64,000 bases of DNA, from the NCBI GenBank assembly GCA_903813345.2, contig CAIIXF020000001.1, forward strand, positions 34,658,001-34,722,000, read 5' to 3'. A program made the translations under genes and the position numbers. Below, piece by piece: positions 11,331 through 23,654 of this stretch. How positions within the stretch are numbered: the stretch's first letter is position 1; each line of letters opens with the position of its first letter. The DNA comes from Owenia fusiformis. Its lineage: Eukaryota. The notes below the pieces were generated by a model. The model was not told the DNA's origin. It did not search any database and saw only the letters and a list, made by a program, of their open reading frames with translations.

Positions 11331-14010
11331 TTTATCGCACTTTGAAAAAGTGCTATATTGCCGTCGTCTTGTGCTGTTGGGCGGGCGTGCGGGCGGGTGT
11401 GCGGGCGTGCGGGACATAAACCAAATCTTGTCATCAAATTTCCAGGATAACTGCTTACCTGTTCAACTTGAAATTTTTACAGATGCAAGAGCAGACTAGT
11501 ACCAAGATCTGATTAGGTTAAGGGCATGCTGGGTAAACTACGTGGTGGCCATTTTGAATTTTTCAACAAATCTTGTCATCAAAATTGCAGGAAAACCACT
11601 TATCCGTTCAACTTGAAATTTTTACAGATGCAAGAGCAGACTATTGCCAAGATCTGATTAGGTTTTGGGTATGCTGGCTGAATTACATGGTGGCCATTTT
11701 GAATTTTTCAATTTGGCGGCCATTTTGAATTTTTCAACTTGCTCCAAATTGACCAAATTCTTTTTTTTAAAAACATCTACAAGTTCTCAGAAGTTCAAAT
11801 CTGACCTTAGATTTCAGATTTGACCTTTCATTCACCTTCAGTGACCTTGAAAAGGTCAAAAAAATTGATTTTCTAAATTGATATTTTGGATTTAAATTTA
11901 GGTCAGCTTAATTACAAAACACCTACTGAGGTCTGAAAAAGTTAAATTTTCAAGGTCGAAGGTCAAGGTCATTAAACTAGGTCACAAATGATGTTATCCA
12001 AGTTTCTCAAAGTTTGAGACTACAAATCAATTCTTGTCATCAAAATTCCAAGAAAACCGCTAACCTGTTCAACTTGAAATTTTTACACATGCAATAGCAG
12101 ACTAGTGCCAAGATCTGATTAGGTTTAGGGCATGCTGGGTAAACTATGTGGTGGCCATTTTGAATTTTTCAACAAATCTTGTCATCAAATTTCCAGGAAA
12201 ACCACTTATCCGTTCAACTTGAAATTTTTACAGATGCAAAAGCAGACTATTGCCAAAATCTGATTAGGTTTTGGGTATGCTGGCTGAATTACATGGTGGC
12301 CATTTTGAATTTTTCAATTTAGCGGCCATTTTGAATTTTTCAACTTGCTCCAAATTGACCAAATTCTTTTTTTTAAAAACATCTACAAGTTCTCAGAAGT
12401 TCAAATCTGACCTTAGATTTCAGATTTGACCTTTCATTCACCTTCAGTGACCTTGAAAAGGTCAAAAAAATTAATTTTTCTAAATTGATATTTTGGATTT
12501 AAATTTAGGTCAGCTTAATTACAAAACACCTAGTGAGGTCTGAAAAAGTTAAATTTTCAAGGTCGAAGGTCAAGGTCATTAAACTAGGTCACAAATGATG
12601 TTATCCAAGTTTCTCAAAGTTTGAGACTACAAATCAATTCTTGTCATCAAAATTCCAAGAAAACCGCTAACCTGTTCAACTTGAAATTTTTACACATGCA
12701 ATAGCAGACTAGTGCCAAGATCTGATTAGGTTTAGGGCATGCTGGGTAAACTACGTGGTGGCCATTTTGAATTTTTCAACAAATCTTGTCATCAAATTTC
12801 CAGGAAAACCACTTATCCGTTTAACTTGAAATTTTTACAGATGCAAGAGCAGACTATTGCCAAGATCTGATTAGGTTTTGGGTATGCTGGCTGAATTACA
12901 TGGTGGCCATTTTGAATTTTTCAATTTGGCGGCCATTTTGAATTTTTCAACTTGCTCCAAATTGACCAAATTTTTTTTTAAAAAACATCTACAAGTTCTC
13001 AGAAGTTCAAATCTGACCTTAGATTTCAGATTTGACCTTTCATTCACCTTCAGTGACCTTGAAAAGGTCAAAAAAGTTGATTTTCTAAATTGATATTTTG
13101 GATTTAAATTTAGGTCAGCTTAATTACAAAACACCTACTGAGGTCTGAAAAAGTTAAATTTTCAAGGTCGAAGGTCAAGGTCATTAAACTAGGTCACAAA
13201 TGATGTTATCCAAGTTTCTCAAAGTTTGAGACTACAAATCAATTCTTGTCATCAAAATTCCAAGAAAACCGCTAACCTGTTCAACTTGAAATTTTTACAC
13301 ATGCAATAGCAGACTAGTGCCAAGATCTGATTAGGTTTAGGGCATGCTGGGTAAACTATGTGGTGGCCATTTTGAATTTTTCAACAAATCTTGTCATCAA
13401 ATTTCCAGGAAAACCACTTATCCGTTCAACTTGAAATTTTTACAGATGCAAGAGCAGACTATTGCCAAGATCTGATTAGGTTTTGGGTATGCTGGCTGAA
13501 TTACATGGTGGCCATTTTGAATTTTTCAATTTGGCGGCCATTTTGAATTTTTCAACTTGCTCCAAATTGACCAAATTTTTTTTTAAAACATCTACAAGTT
13601 CTCAAAAGTTCAAATCTGACCTTAGATTTCAGATTTGACCTTTCATTCACCTTCAGTGACCTTGAAAAGGTCAAAAAAGTTGATTTTCTAAATTGATATT
13701 TTGGATTTAAATTTAGGTCAGCTTAATTACAAAACACCTACTGAGGTCTGAAAAAGTTAAATTTTCAAGGTCGAAGGTCATCAAATTAGGTCACAAACGA
13801 TGTTATCTAAATTTTCCCAAAGTTCCACACTACAAATAAATTCTTGTCATCAAAATTGCAGGAAAACCGCTAACCTTGTCAACTTGAAATGTTTACAGAT
13901 GCAAGAGCAGACTAGTGCCAAGGTCTGATTAGGTTTTGGCCATGCTGGATAAATTGCATGGTGGCCAGTTTGCTCTTCAAAGTGCGATATTTATCACTGT
14001 GTGTCTTGTT
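11331..14010 (+). mobile_element. Helentron-derived element carrying ~4.2 copies of a ~605-bp higher-order repeat
   Basis: subTIR ATCGCACTTTGAA (11334-11346)/TTCAAAGTGCGAT (13976-13988) and (GGGC)n microsatellite. Unit starts recur at 12031, 12638, 13243 and 13841. Confidence 0.85.
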
Positions 14011-14052
14011 TCTTTTTGATTTTGATGATATTTTACTTATTGTGCAATATAG

Positions 14053-14168
14053 GATGATGATGGGGCAGAGAACATGACTGATGGAGATCCAGAGACGTTC
14101 TGGGAGAGTGACGGCAGCCAGAACCATCACTGGGTCAAACTAAAGATGAAGAAAGGAACAATCATCAA
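14053..14168 (+). CDS. HECTD3: HECTD3 exon (DOC/APC10 domain)
   Basis: [39 protein letters not shown], with the DOC motif TxWESDG. tag|/|gtaag. Confidence 0.95.
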
Positions 14169-14519
14169 GTAAGAAATAAAATATTATGTCACTACCTGAC
14201 CACGACCAGTGTTGTCATTTGGAGTTCCACATTTAGCATCAAAACATTCAAACCTGTGCAGGTCACCATGATTTCAATATTAAGATTTTAAGATTGCCTT
14301 TCTTTGACTGAATCTACTACTCAATCTAGTCGTAGTAGCATTCGCATCAGACATGTTGTTCAATTTAGGTTTGGGCATTCCATATTGAAAAAATGACCCA
14401 TTCATACATATGAGGTGACCCAAATACAACAGACCCACTCAAAACCTTCCCCTCTTATCAACAATGTTTGACTACAATAATGTAAAGGCATTATGATATT
14501 TTCAAAACTGTATATTTAG

Positions 14520-14633
14520 GAAACTGCTGATTACTGTGGATGGGAATGACGACAACTATCTACCTTACCGCATCATTGTCTCAGGGGGAGAAACTGACAA
14601 CCTCAAGAAGCTAAACGACATGAGAGTAGACCA
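14520..14633 (+). CDS. HECTD3: HECTD3 exon (DOC domain)
   Basis: KLLITVDGNDDNYLPYRIIVSGGETDNLKKLNDMRVDQ. tag|/|gtaag, phase 2-2. Confidence 0.95.
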
Positions 14634-15268
14634 GTAAGTGATTTACTTTTATCCCTTATTTTACTCAGTGCATGCTAAAAGACCAAAATCATGAAGTGAT
14701 TGAGCTCTTGCAATGGTATTAAATATAGAGATCATCTTACTGGAAATGCAAACATAAATTATAAATTATCTGTGTCATCCCCCTTTCAAAATGTTTAAAG
14801 GTTCATCACTGATGTATTCGCCATGATTGTGATGTGGTTCTGATCATGATCATGATGGTATCTTCCTCTCTTATCATCCTGATTCCAGGAAAATCACTTG
14901 TTGAATTTTCATCAAATATATATAAATTTTAGAGGTTACTAAGTTCTAGAGCTGATTAAATTTTGGATGGTTATCTTGTTTTCTGGTAGCCATTTTGGAA
15001 CTTTTTCATGAAATCTTAGCATCATGATTTAGGGAAAATCACTTTTTGAATTTCTTCAAATTTTTACACATGTCAGAGGTTACCAAATTCTACAGTTGAA
15101 TTGAATATTTGAGAAGTTTTACAATAAATCTCATCATTATGATTTCAGAAAAATCGCTTGTCAGATTTTCTTCAAAATTGTTCACATGTTTGAGACCACC
15201 AAGTTCTACAGTTGATTATGTTTTTGTGATTTTATTCAGGTCATGCACGAACTTGTTTTTATTTTCAG

Positions 15269-15357
15269 AAACATGAGTGGCATAATGGATGTTTGTATAT
15301 TGGAAGATATGACTGAACACTATCCGATGATAGAAATCAAAATCATGGAATGCAAAG
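15269..15357 (+). CDS. HECTD3: HECTD3 exon (DOC domain)
   Basis: NMSGIMDVCILEDMTEHYPMIEIKIMECK. ttttcag|/|gtacat, phase 2-1. Followed by a 28,644-bp intron. Confidence 0.94.
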
Positions 15358-16649
15358 GTACATAAGAATTTTTATATTTTATATTTTCTGAGCAGATTTC
15401 TTTCTCTTCGCAAATACTTGATTCAATTTTCAAAGTGATCCTGAGACCACTAACATTTCTATTTTTTTGATGAAGTAATTGATTTATCACTTTGATCTGA
15501 TTACACTGAGAGCTGGAAGGAATTTTGAATTATATAAGCCACAATGGAAGTAATTGAAATTCCATAGGGAATCAAGAGTGCAGAAATAAGGAAGGAGGCA
15601 TGGTTGCACTGCAGACCCTAAGTTTCAGAATAATTGGTACAAGTCCTTTGGACTTGTAAGTGAAAATTTTTCAAGTCCATCCAAAAAATACAAGCCAAAT
15701 AAGGACTTGTAAATTTTAAAGTTACAAGTCCAAAAAATCAGCCAACTGAACTCCGTGAATTACAATTTAAACAGTATATGTAAACAGTTTTATTGCAAAT
15801 ACTAAATAACACCATGGTAGTAGGTAGTGAGCTAACCATGGTCTTCCAAATTCCCATTTGGGTAGATACTTCCGCTTTTTGGTCTTTTCCATATCATACC
15901 ATCTTAAAGGGAATTTAACTTGCTGATCACACACCAAATTTCAAAGTGATTGGTTAAATTCCAATTTTTTTAGAATATTTTTAGTGATGTCCATATTTCA
16001 CTTTTTAATAGTATGTATGTCTCCCCCTGCAGCCCAGGTGGCCTCAATTCTACGAGGATATGATCCCGTATAAATCATTCAGAACGTTTAGAACCCTGAA
16101 TGTAACACATTTTACTCTGTAACGATATTGAGAAACATCGAAATCACCCAATGTTGGCATTGTCACTGCAGTATCATTTTCACTTTTCAATCACTATACC
16201 TGGTAATTTTACTTGTTTTGACGTAATCAAAGGTCAACTACAACCTTACAAGAAACATTGTAGCAAATTTTATTAGGAGGAGTTTATGATTGATTTTTTG
16301 AGGGTGATCAGCATTTTCCATAAGCTTCAAAATGATATATGGGAAAGTATGATAAATTTTAAGATAAAAAAGTTAAGGGGGGAGAACAGACTTATTTGAC
16401 ACCCTGTATTTATATAGTACAAGTACAGTATCTACATCAATATAATCCATTTGTTTCCCAAAAGAGAAGCACCCAATGTATGAATTATGATTCTCAATGA
16501 TGGGTATGTTCATAAATTAATAATATCTCGAAGAATGTCTGGATATCTTTTGTGTCAGTAATGTCTTGTTCAATATATATTCATCAGATCACACCACAGT
16601 CAGGTGGTGGGCAGACTTGTCTCTTCTGTCCAAGTTCATGGGGAGGTGT

Positions 16650-16705
16650 TCAAGCCAGATTTATTTCCTCATCTGTTTCAATTCCCTCTGCACTTTGATG
16701 TCTGT
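16650..16705 (-). CDS. Nested orphan gene, putative last coding exon
   Basis: Acceptor tttgtttcacaacag, phase 1. DRHQSAEGIETDEEINLA*. Confidence 0.5.
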
Positions 16706-16889
16706 CTGTTGTGAAACAAAGATAATACAAAATGTTGGACTGTAAGATACTTGAAGTAAGATGTTACACATAGATCCAAAGGATTTCTGGTCAAAATATA
16801 TAGTAGTTAGGTTATAACAAAATTGAAATTATATAACTATTTCAAAAGAACTTCCTTCTTTGCAGTAAAGAAAATATGATTTTACATAC

Positions 16890-17519
16890 CGTAACGCCCT
16901 TTCTTTCTGTCATTTCTTTCCTCATTATCTTTGTATTCCTCAACACTGTGACCTGATTCCAAAGTTTTATACAAGATAGGATTCTTCTTCTTTTGCTTTA
17001 TTTCTTTGTCTGTTTTTGACTGCTCAACTCTTTCCTCATTGTATGTTTTTTGTTTTGATTTTGATGGCATAATCCCCTCTTCATTGGATGTCTTTTGTTT
17101 TGTTTTCGTTGGTTTAGTTCCTTCTTCATTACGTGTCTTTTGTTTTGTTTTCGATGGCTTGATATCTTTTCTGTTGGATTTTCTTTGTTTTGTTTTTGAT
17201 GGTTTAGTTCCTTCTGTATTACCTGTCTTTTGTTTTGTGTTTGATGGCTCAGTTTCTTCTTCATTGGGTGTCTTTTGTTTTGTTTGGGATGGGTTAACCC
17301 CTTTTTCATTGGATGTATTTTGTTTTGTCTCTGATGGTTTAATTCCTTCCTCATTGGGTGTCTTTTGTTTTGGTTGCATTATTTTTTTCCCATTTATTCT
17401 TGTATCCTCATACTCCTCATTAGTTTGACCACCTCCACTGCTCATGTAATCATTTTCATCATCTTGTTCAGCATCAATTTGCCAGTCTGGTATTGGTTTT
17501 CTACCACTTCCACTTCCAC
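16890..17519 (-). CDS. Nested orphan gene, exon with ~8 x 15-aa (45-bp) K/T/E-rich repeats
   Basis: 630-nt open exon, ttgcag|/|gtatgt, phase 1-1. GSGSGRKPIPDWQIDAEQDDENDYMSSGGG then (KTKQKTSNEEGIKPS)n. Confidence 0.7.
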
Positions 17520-17557
17520 CTGCAATTGAAAATGTTTTAGTTACGGGGAACCACTAT

Positions 17558-20260
17558 CACTGGGGAGTATCGTGATGCAACAACACCGTGTTGTTGCATC
17601 AAGATGGCCAGACTTCCGGTGATAGATTTTCGTACGATATTTTGTTTCCCCAATTAAACCCATTTCTAGGACGAGTTGCTCAATAACCATACACGTGCAG
17701 TAAGCGCACGATCTATATTTAAAGAAACTGTCATTAGTATACATGTACCATCACCAAGAAGCAATAAGTTCACGGTTTTAGTTCCTCACTATTGATGCAA
17801 CAACACCTAATCGAAGATGCAACAACACTCCTCTAGATTTGAGCAATGATGCAGCAACACCAATTAATAGTATAATTTCAGAAGACCATAAATCTCGAGA
17901 GGAACAGATTTTTAAATGCTACTATTGCAACACCGTTACCCATTACCCATATCTTCTCAAGGCATTCAAAATACACGTCCTGCAGGCGAAGATCCTTTAT
18001 ATGTATTTTCAAAAAATACTTTTAAATATTATAATGTACTGGACGTTGTTCTATAACATAGTTCAATCGCCTTTAACATGGCAAGCTTTAGTAACCCAAT
18101 CTATTTTCATAAACCACTGTTCCATAGCTTGATGACCCTGACTCCAGTATCATTCAAAATGGTGGACAAACATCTTTCGTTCTCGGTAAACATGATGAGC
18201 TATTGGAAATTATCTGTCATCCATCTTTGAAACAGTGATAAACTAGTAGATGTACGTTACCACTGTTTATCAAATTATAACTAAAACAGCTTAACTGTGA
18301 CATTCGTGACCTTATGTTGATGGGATGATTGCTTCATCTATGATATAATATGATATGATTCTTTATTTCCTCCAATTTGGAGAGCCAACGTGTAAAAACG
18401 TCTAATTGACTTTATTAGAGAGGCCGTTTAGTTACACGTTTAATGGAAATCTTGCACGACCCACATGTAGAATTACGAGTATTGCTCTCTTTGGATTCCT
18501 TCTCTCCGACTGAGTAAAAAGGTAAACAAAAGTGATAAGATTAAGGGCCCAAAAAGGTAAATTGATAGGGGTACAGTTATCCCAGATATCCCGGGCCCTC
18601 AGGAAATATCATATTGTCTCTCGGAATAAAACCAATTTTAAATCCCTCTCAGTAAATAACCTTTATATAATAGCATTGTATAACTGCAATATCATTAAAC
18701 CAACACTCATCCCATACAACTCTTGAGAACGATGTACAACTCCTGGATGGCGTAAACTCCTGAGCAGCGTATACAATTCTTCAACTTGATATATGACATC
18801 ATACTTTGGGTTGGATAACAAAGGATATACAATATACAATTGTAGACCTCTCTTGAGGTCAACTGGCAAATTGTATACCGATACTGTAATCCTTGAAAGT
18901 TCGGAGGTCGAGGTCAACAGTACTCTCAGGGTTTACTGTTGAGGTATACACTTTGGCCGAATAGAGAGGTTGACAATAGTTTGTTAGTCCGAAGAATATA
19001 ATAATTTGAAGGATATAATATACAATTGTAAGGTCAACTGGCAAAATTGTATACCGATACTGTAAACCTTGAAAGTACTGTTGATCAAGACCAGAGGTCG
19101 AGGACACTTTTGCCAGTTGACCGAAAAGAGAGGTTAACAATTGTTCTGTAAGTCCAAATAATATAATAATTGGACGAATATATAATCGGATATCACGTGA
19201 ACATATATAAAGGTATCATATTTTAGCAAAAAATCCCCAAACCGTCGAATACTTGTAATTTTTTACAGAACTTATTTTTTCAAAATTTAAAAAATGTTAA
19301 CATTAAAAAACAATTTTTCAAAAATAGGGGTCAACAGTTTACAATTGTTGACCTCCCCAAAGGTCAACCGGCAAAATTGTATACTGAGACTGTAAACCGA
19401 AAAACTACTGTTGACAGAGACCGAAGGTCGAGGTCAACATTAGTTTCAAGGTTTACAGTTTTACAGAAACTTTTTTTCAGAAGTAGCAGTCAACAGTACC
19501 TAGTAGCGGTCAACAGTACATACTTTTGACCGCTAATCACCCAATCAGAATCGAGTATTTCAGTTGAGGTACTAACAATACATTTTGTTGACCGCTCATC
19601 AACCAATCAGAATTGAGTATTTCAATTGAGGTACTAACAACACAAAATGACTGATATCTGTTGTCTTTCCAAAATTATATTAATTATTTGTAAGCAATTT
19701 CCATACGGTAAATCAAGGGCATGTATGTATAATCTTTATTTTTCAGATACAATATCAATGAGATTGCCTCCCGGGGATTCTGTACTTTATTTAGTTTGCC
19801 TTGTATATCCTTTTAACTTTGATATAGACAAAGAAACCAAACAAAATACGTTTCGTTCATGGACCACTGACTCACACGTTTTATTCATTTCCCGACCTAC
19901 ACCTGTAAACAGAACATAAAATAGTTTCTCTTGTTGTTCAATGATACATTATATTGGCGTTTTTGCATCAGCACATTGGTGTTGTTGCATCATCGATAAG
20001 AAACAGAGTGGTGTTGTTGCATCAATAGTGAGGAATTAAAACCACGAATTTATCGCTTCTTGATGAAGCTACATGTATACCAATGACAGTTTTTTTAAAT
20101 ATAGATCATGCGCTAACTGCATGTGTATGATTATTGAGCAACTCGTCCTAGAAATGGGTGTAAATTGGAAAAACAAAGCATCGTACGAAAATCTATCACC
20201 GGAAGTCTGGCCATCTTGATGCAACAACACGGTGTTGTTGCATCACGATACCCCCCAGTG
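17558..20260. mobile_element. Non-autonomous DNA transposon, CAC...GTG termini, 5-bp TSD (Transib-type)
   Basis: TIRs of ~250-280 bp (CACTGGGGAGTATCGTGATGC.../...GCATCACGATACCCCCCAGTG). ACTAT is duplicated at 17553-17557 and 20261-20265. Confidence 0.88.
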
Positions 20261-20609
20261 ACTATAGAACTTCTGTAGTAAAATAAGAAAATATTGAAGT
20301 ATCTGTAAAAAGATGGCACCACTTGAATGCAAACTATCTTAATGGATCAAGTATAATTTGAAAATATTGTTTAATGGCATATATAAAAATTGATATTAAA
20401 TTAATATTTTTTAGAAAAATGTCAGACATTATTTCTTTTCACTTCAGATCATGGTTTTGGGATGCATAGGGTCTATTTTTTGATGACAGGTTTACACATA
20501 GAGTTTGCTTTTCTTGCTAGGTTTCTTTACAGTTTATGGTCTTTTCCCTTTGGCATTTGTGCTTAGATATTGACATGTTTAGATTTCTTATCCTTATTTG
20601 TTTACCCAC

Positions 20610-20696
20610 CTCCTCCTCCACTACTCATGCCCTCTCCTACATCATTGCCGTCATCAGGTTCTTCATCTACTAGCCAGTCTGGTACTTGAGTGTTAT
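20610..20696 (-). CDS. Nested orphan gene exon
   Basis: cccctttcag|/|gtgggt, phase 1-1. DNTQVPDWLVDEEPDDGNDVGEGMSSGGG is paralogous to the start of the 17519 exon. Confidence 0.62.
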
Positions 20697-20992
20697 CTGA
20701 AAGGGGAATGTCGGGAAAATAATAAAATATTGCATCGAAGCATGTATTTTCTTCAGTTTTTATCTTTGTTCGCTTGATTTAAATCAATTTAGTATTTTAG
20801 AAAAATAGAGAAAGTTTTTATAGTTTATTCTCTCCATATAGTATTTCATATGACATCAAAGCAAATAATGCTATTTTTGGCTAAAGTTTCTTTGCAATGT
20901 CTTATTTAACATAAAACTGTCTCTGAACAGTACAATCATATTTTGTTCAATTCTTTATCTTGATGATGAATAGATACATGCACTTGTATATA

Positions 20993-22042
20993 CAGGGTGT
21001 TCCAAAAGTAACAGGATTGGTGCTGGCATTTTGTTAAATATGCACCAATCGTCTTCAAAATTGTACATAATGTACTTTCATGTGTCTTTACTAAAACTGC
21101 AAAGTTTCACGAAAAATATGTAACTCGGATAGAGTTATGGTTGCTATGGTCACATGACATCACAATACCCGGGGCAACATTCCACGCAGTAAGTTACATT
21201 AAGACAGAAAGAGACATTAAGCATTTTGTACATCCCATATCAAAGTTAAAATGCAACAACTGGTAGGAATAACATTTGTTTTACATAATTTGATATTCTT
21301 ATGTATCCTATGTACTTTGAAAAATAGGCCCCTCTTTGGTCAGTAGAAGAGTAGCACTCTGTATCCATGACTCAAACACATGAGTGAACCCATTTGAGGA
21401 CATGTCACGCATGGTCGATTGAACAACTTGGAGAAGGTCATTTTCATTTTTAAAGATCTAACAGCACTGCTAAGCATTCCATTCTCCATGTAAGTAAAAA
21501 TTGGATATTGCATGATCAGAACAGTATGGTGCATGGTTTTAGAACTCAAGACCTAGCTCCTCTATGGCTGCATGGTCTTTAATGGTGACCTGCGGGCAGG
21601 CGCGTTATCAAGGTGGATGACTGGCTTCAAATTGGGTATTTTTAAAAACTCAACCATGAATTGTTCAGACTGTAATTCATAGTGATATTCAAGGAAATTG
21701 AATATTATCATTATGAAATTATACTTGAATCTGAGTTTTATAGCAAACCTTTACAACAAAGCAACTAATAAAATAAACAAGAAATGTTGTATTATAATAG
21801 GTGAATTAGATATTTTCTTCAGTAATACAAAAATGTTAGATATCACATTTTCAGAAAAAAAGTTGCCCCGGGTATTGTGAAGTCATGTTACTATAGTAAC
21901 CACAACTCTTCCCGCATTTCATCATTTTTTCTGAAACTATACAATTTTAGTTGCAATAAGTACAATTTGTGAAAATTTGAAGACACTCAGTGCAAAATTG
22001 ACAAAATACCAGCACCAGTCCTGTTACTTTTGGAACACCCTG
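20993..22042 (-). mobile_element. Internally deleted mariner (Tc1/mariner) element
   Basis: TA|CAGGGTGTTCCAAAAGTAACAGG...CCTGTTACTTTTGGAACACCCTG|TA, TIRs ~190 bp. Transposase remnants HLDNAPA and HAPYCSDHAISNFYL (YSPDLAPxD-like) on the minus strand. Confidence 0.9.
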
Positions 22043-22070
22043 TATGCACAGTACAAAATAATACACATAC

Positions 22071-22175
22071 CAAGATAATTCTTCTGTATGAATCTTATCC
22101 AAAATCTTCGCATTTGATTCAAGTCTGCTGGTGAGTAAGTGGAGTCATCAGATTCATTGGACAGCTCTATGTAGT
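22071..22175 (-). CDS. Nested orphan gene exon (most 5' identified)
   Basis: tatttcag|/|gtatgt, phase 1-1. YIELSNESDDSTYSPADLNQMRRFWIRFIQKNYL. Confidence 0.55.
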
Positions 22176-22639
22176 CTGAAATAGTGAATTATTTAGGTGT
22201 TGTATTTACAGTTTGCAGTTATCAGGGGTCTGATGAATTTACAGGATCCACAAATATGTCTGGAATATTGATACTGTACATTGCTGGATTAATCTTGAAT
22301 TCTAACCCAGGATAAAATTGTATATTCGCAATATCTCAGGATTAATATTTTCTTATAATCTGATAGATATTTTTGTAATTTGATGAATCAAAGGGATTAT
22401 CTCCAAAATCCTACAATTGTGATGTACTCGTACTTGAAGAAAATTTGCGAAATCCCTATAGGATTAAAATTCCTCAAGATTCAAGTAATCAATTCTGCTA
22501 TACGGCAAAATTTTTTGCATTTAGACACACTTAAATCATTGTCTAGTACTGCTGTTTTAAAAACATGTTTTAAACTAGAAAAAATAAATAAATATCAACT
22601 TGTGTGCTATTAGGTTTCACAAATATGAATTTCATGCCA

Positions 22640-23383
22640 AAGGAGTGGTATCGATATGGTGAATTTTTTGAACACGCATTTCTCTTAATTAAACCAGTCA
22701 TCAAAACATTCTGAAAATTTTACACATTTTCAATTTAATGGTCATCTTTTGGATGGTAACATTATAATTTGAAATATGCTTATATACTTCTCTCTATATT
22801 GTTTTAGAAAACACATCAGACATTTCTTTTGTTCTTGGTATCATATGTTCGGAATGAAATGAAACATCTATCCGAACCTCATTGGAACAAAACGACATAA
22901 ACACAACGTGTTTAGGTCTCTCAATATTGTAATTGTACAAAGGAAAGTTTGGTTGATTTTAAAAAAGTATCTTGTTAATGAAATAAAAGGTTTATCTTAA
23001 TTTTTATCTATTTTGGGGGGTTTTGTTTTAAGATTTTGCATACTTTTTGTAAAATCAACCAAAATTTCCTTTGTATTACTATAATATTGAGAGGTCTAAG
23101 AAAATGTTGTATGCTATTTTGTTGCAACAAGGTTCGGAAAGACATTTTATTTCATTTTCAAGTATTGATAGAAAGGAACAAAAAACAATTGCACTAAAAA
23201 ACAAAAAATTTTAACAAAAACAGTTGTATAAAATATATATAAATAATTTTTGCATTAAATTGTTGCCAATCAGTCAACATTACATAAAAGGCCGTGTTTT
23301 TTTACAGAATGTTTTCAATAATTGCTTTATAATTAAGAGAAAAACATTCTTGGATTCAGATCACCATATCGATACCTCTCCTT
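22640..23383. mobile_element. Non-autonomous DNA element family (AGGAGTGGTATCGATATGGTGA ends; Kolobok-like); other copies at ~54991-57112 and ~60875-62418
   Basis: Inverted ends ...GGTATCGATATGGTGA/TCACCATATCGATACC, with internal sequence shared across three copies. This copy is in the opposite orientation. Confidence 0.75.
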
Positions 23384-23487
23384 TAGACGTTCTTATTTTT
23401 GAATACTAGGCAATCCTTAAAATGGGTTGATAGGGTATTCTAGTAAATTTTGTCTAAAAATAAAAATCTTGAATAACCTTAGAAGTA

Positions 23488-23654
23488 CAGTAAAACCTGG
23501 CTAATCTGAATTGCGAGAAGTGTTTTGGATTAGAAGGTGTTCACATTTCTAGGTTTCTTTTACATGGGAGTGAATGGGAGGTTTGGAAATTGGGACAGAG
23601 AAAAAGTCTTCATATTAACAGGTGAGAGGTGTTCAGATTATAGAGGTTTTACTG
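23488..23654. mobile_element. TA-flanked pogo/Tigger-like MITE
   Basis: TA|CAGTAAAACCT...AGGTTTTACTG|TA. A similar element is at ~4808-4975. Confidence 0.7.

Noticed and set aside
16998..17428. Alternative-frame and antisense ORFs over the 45-bp repeat
   Set aside because: These are by-products of the repeat. Only the K/T/E frame fits the splice phases.
17600..17608. CAAGATGGC as a ProtoRAG nonamer-like box
   Set aside because: It is in the opposite orientation to the motif as I recall it, and GCCATYTTG is ubiquitous in repeats across this window, so it is not diagnostic.
22225..22260. Hammerhead ribozyme at CTGATGA
   Set aside because: There is no properly placed GAAA or flanking stems; other CTGATGA sites I checked fail in the same way.
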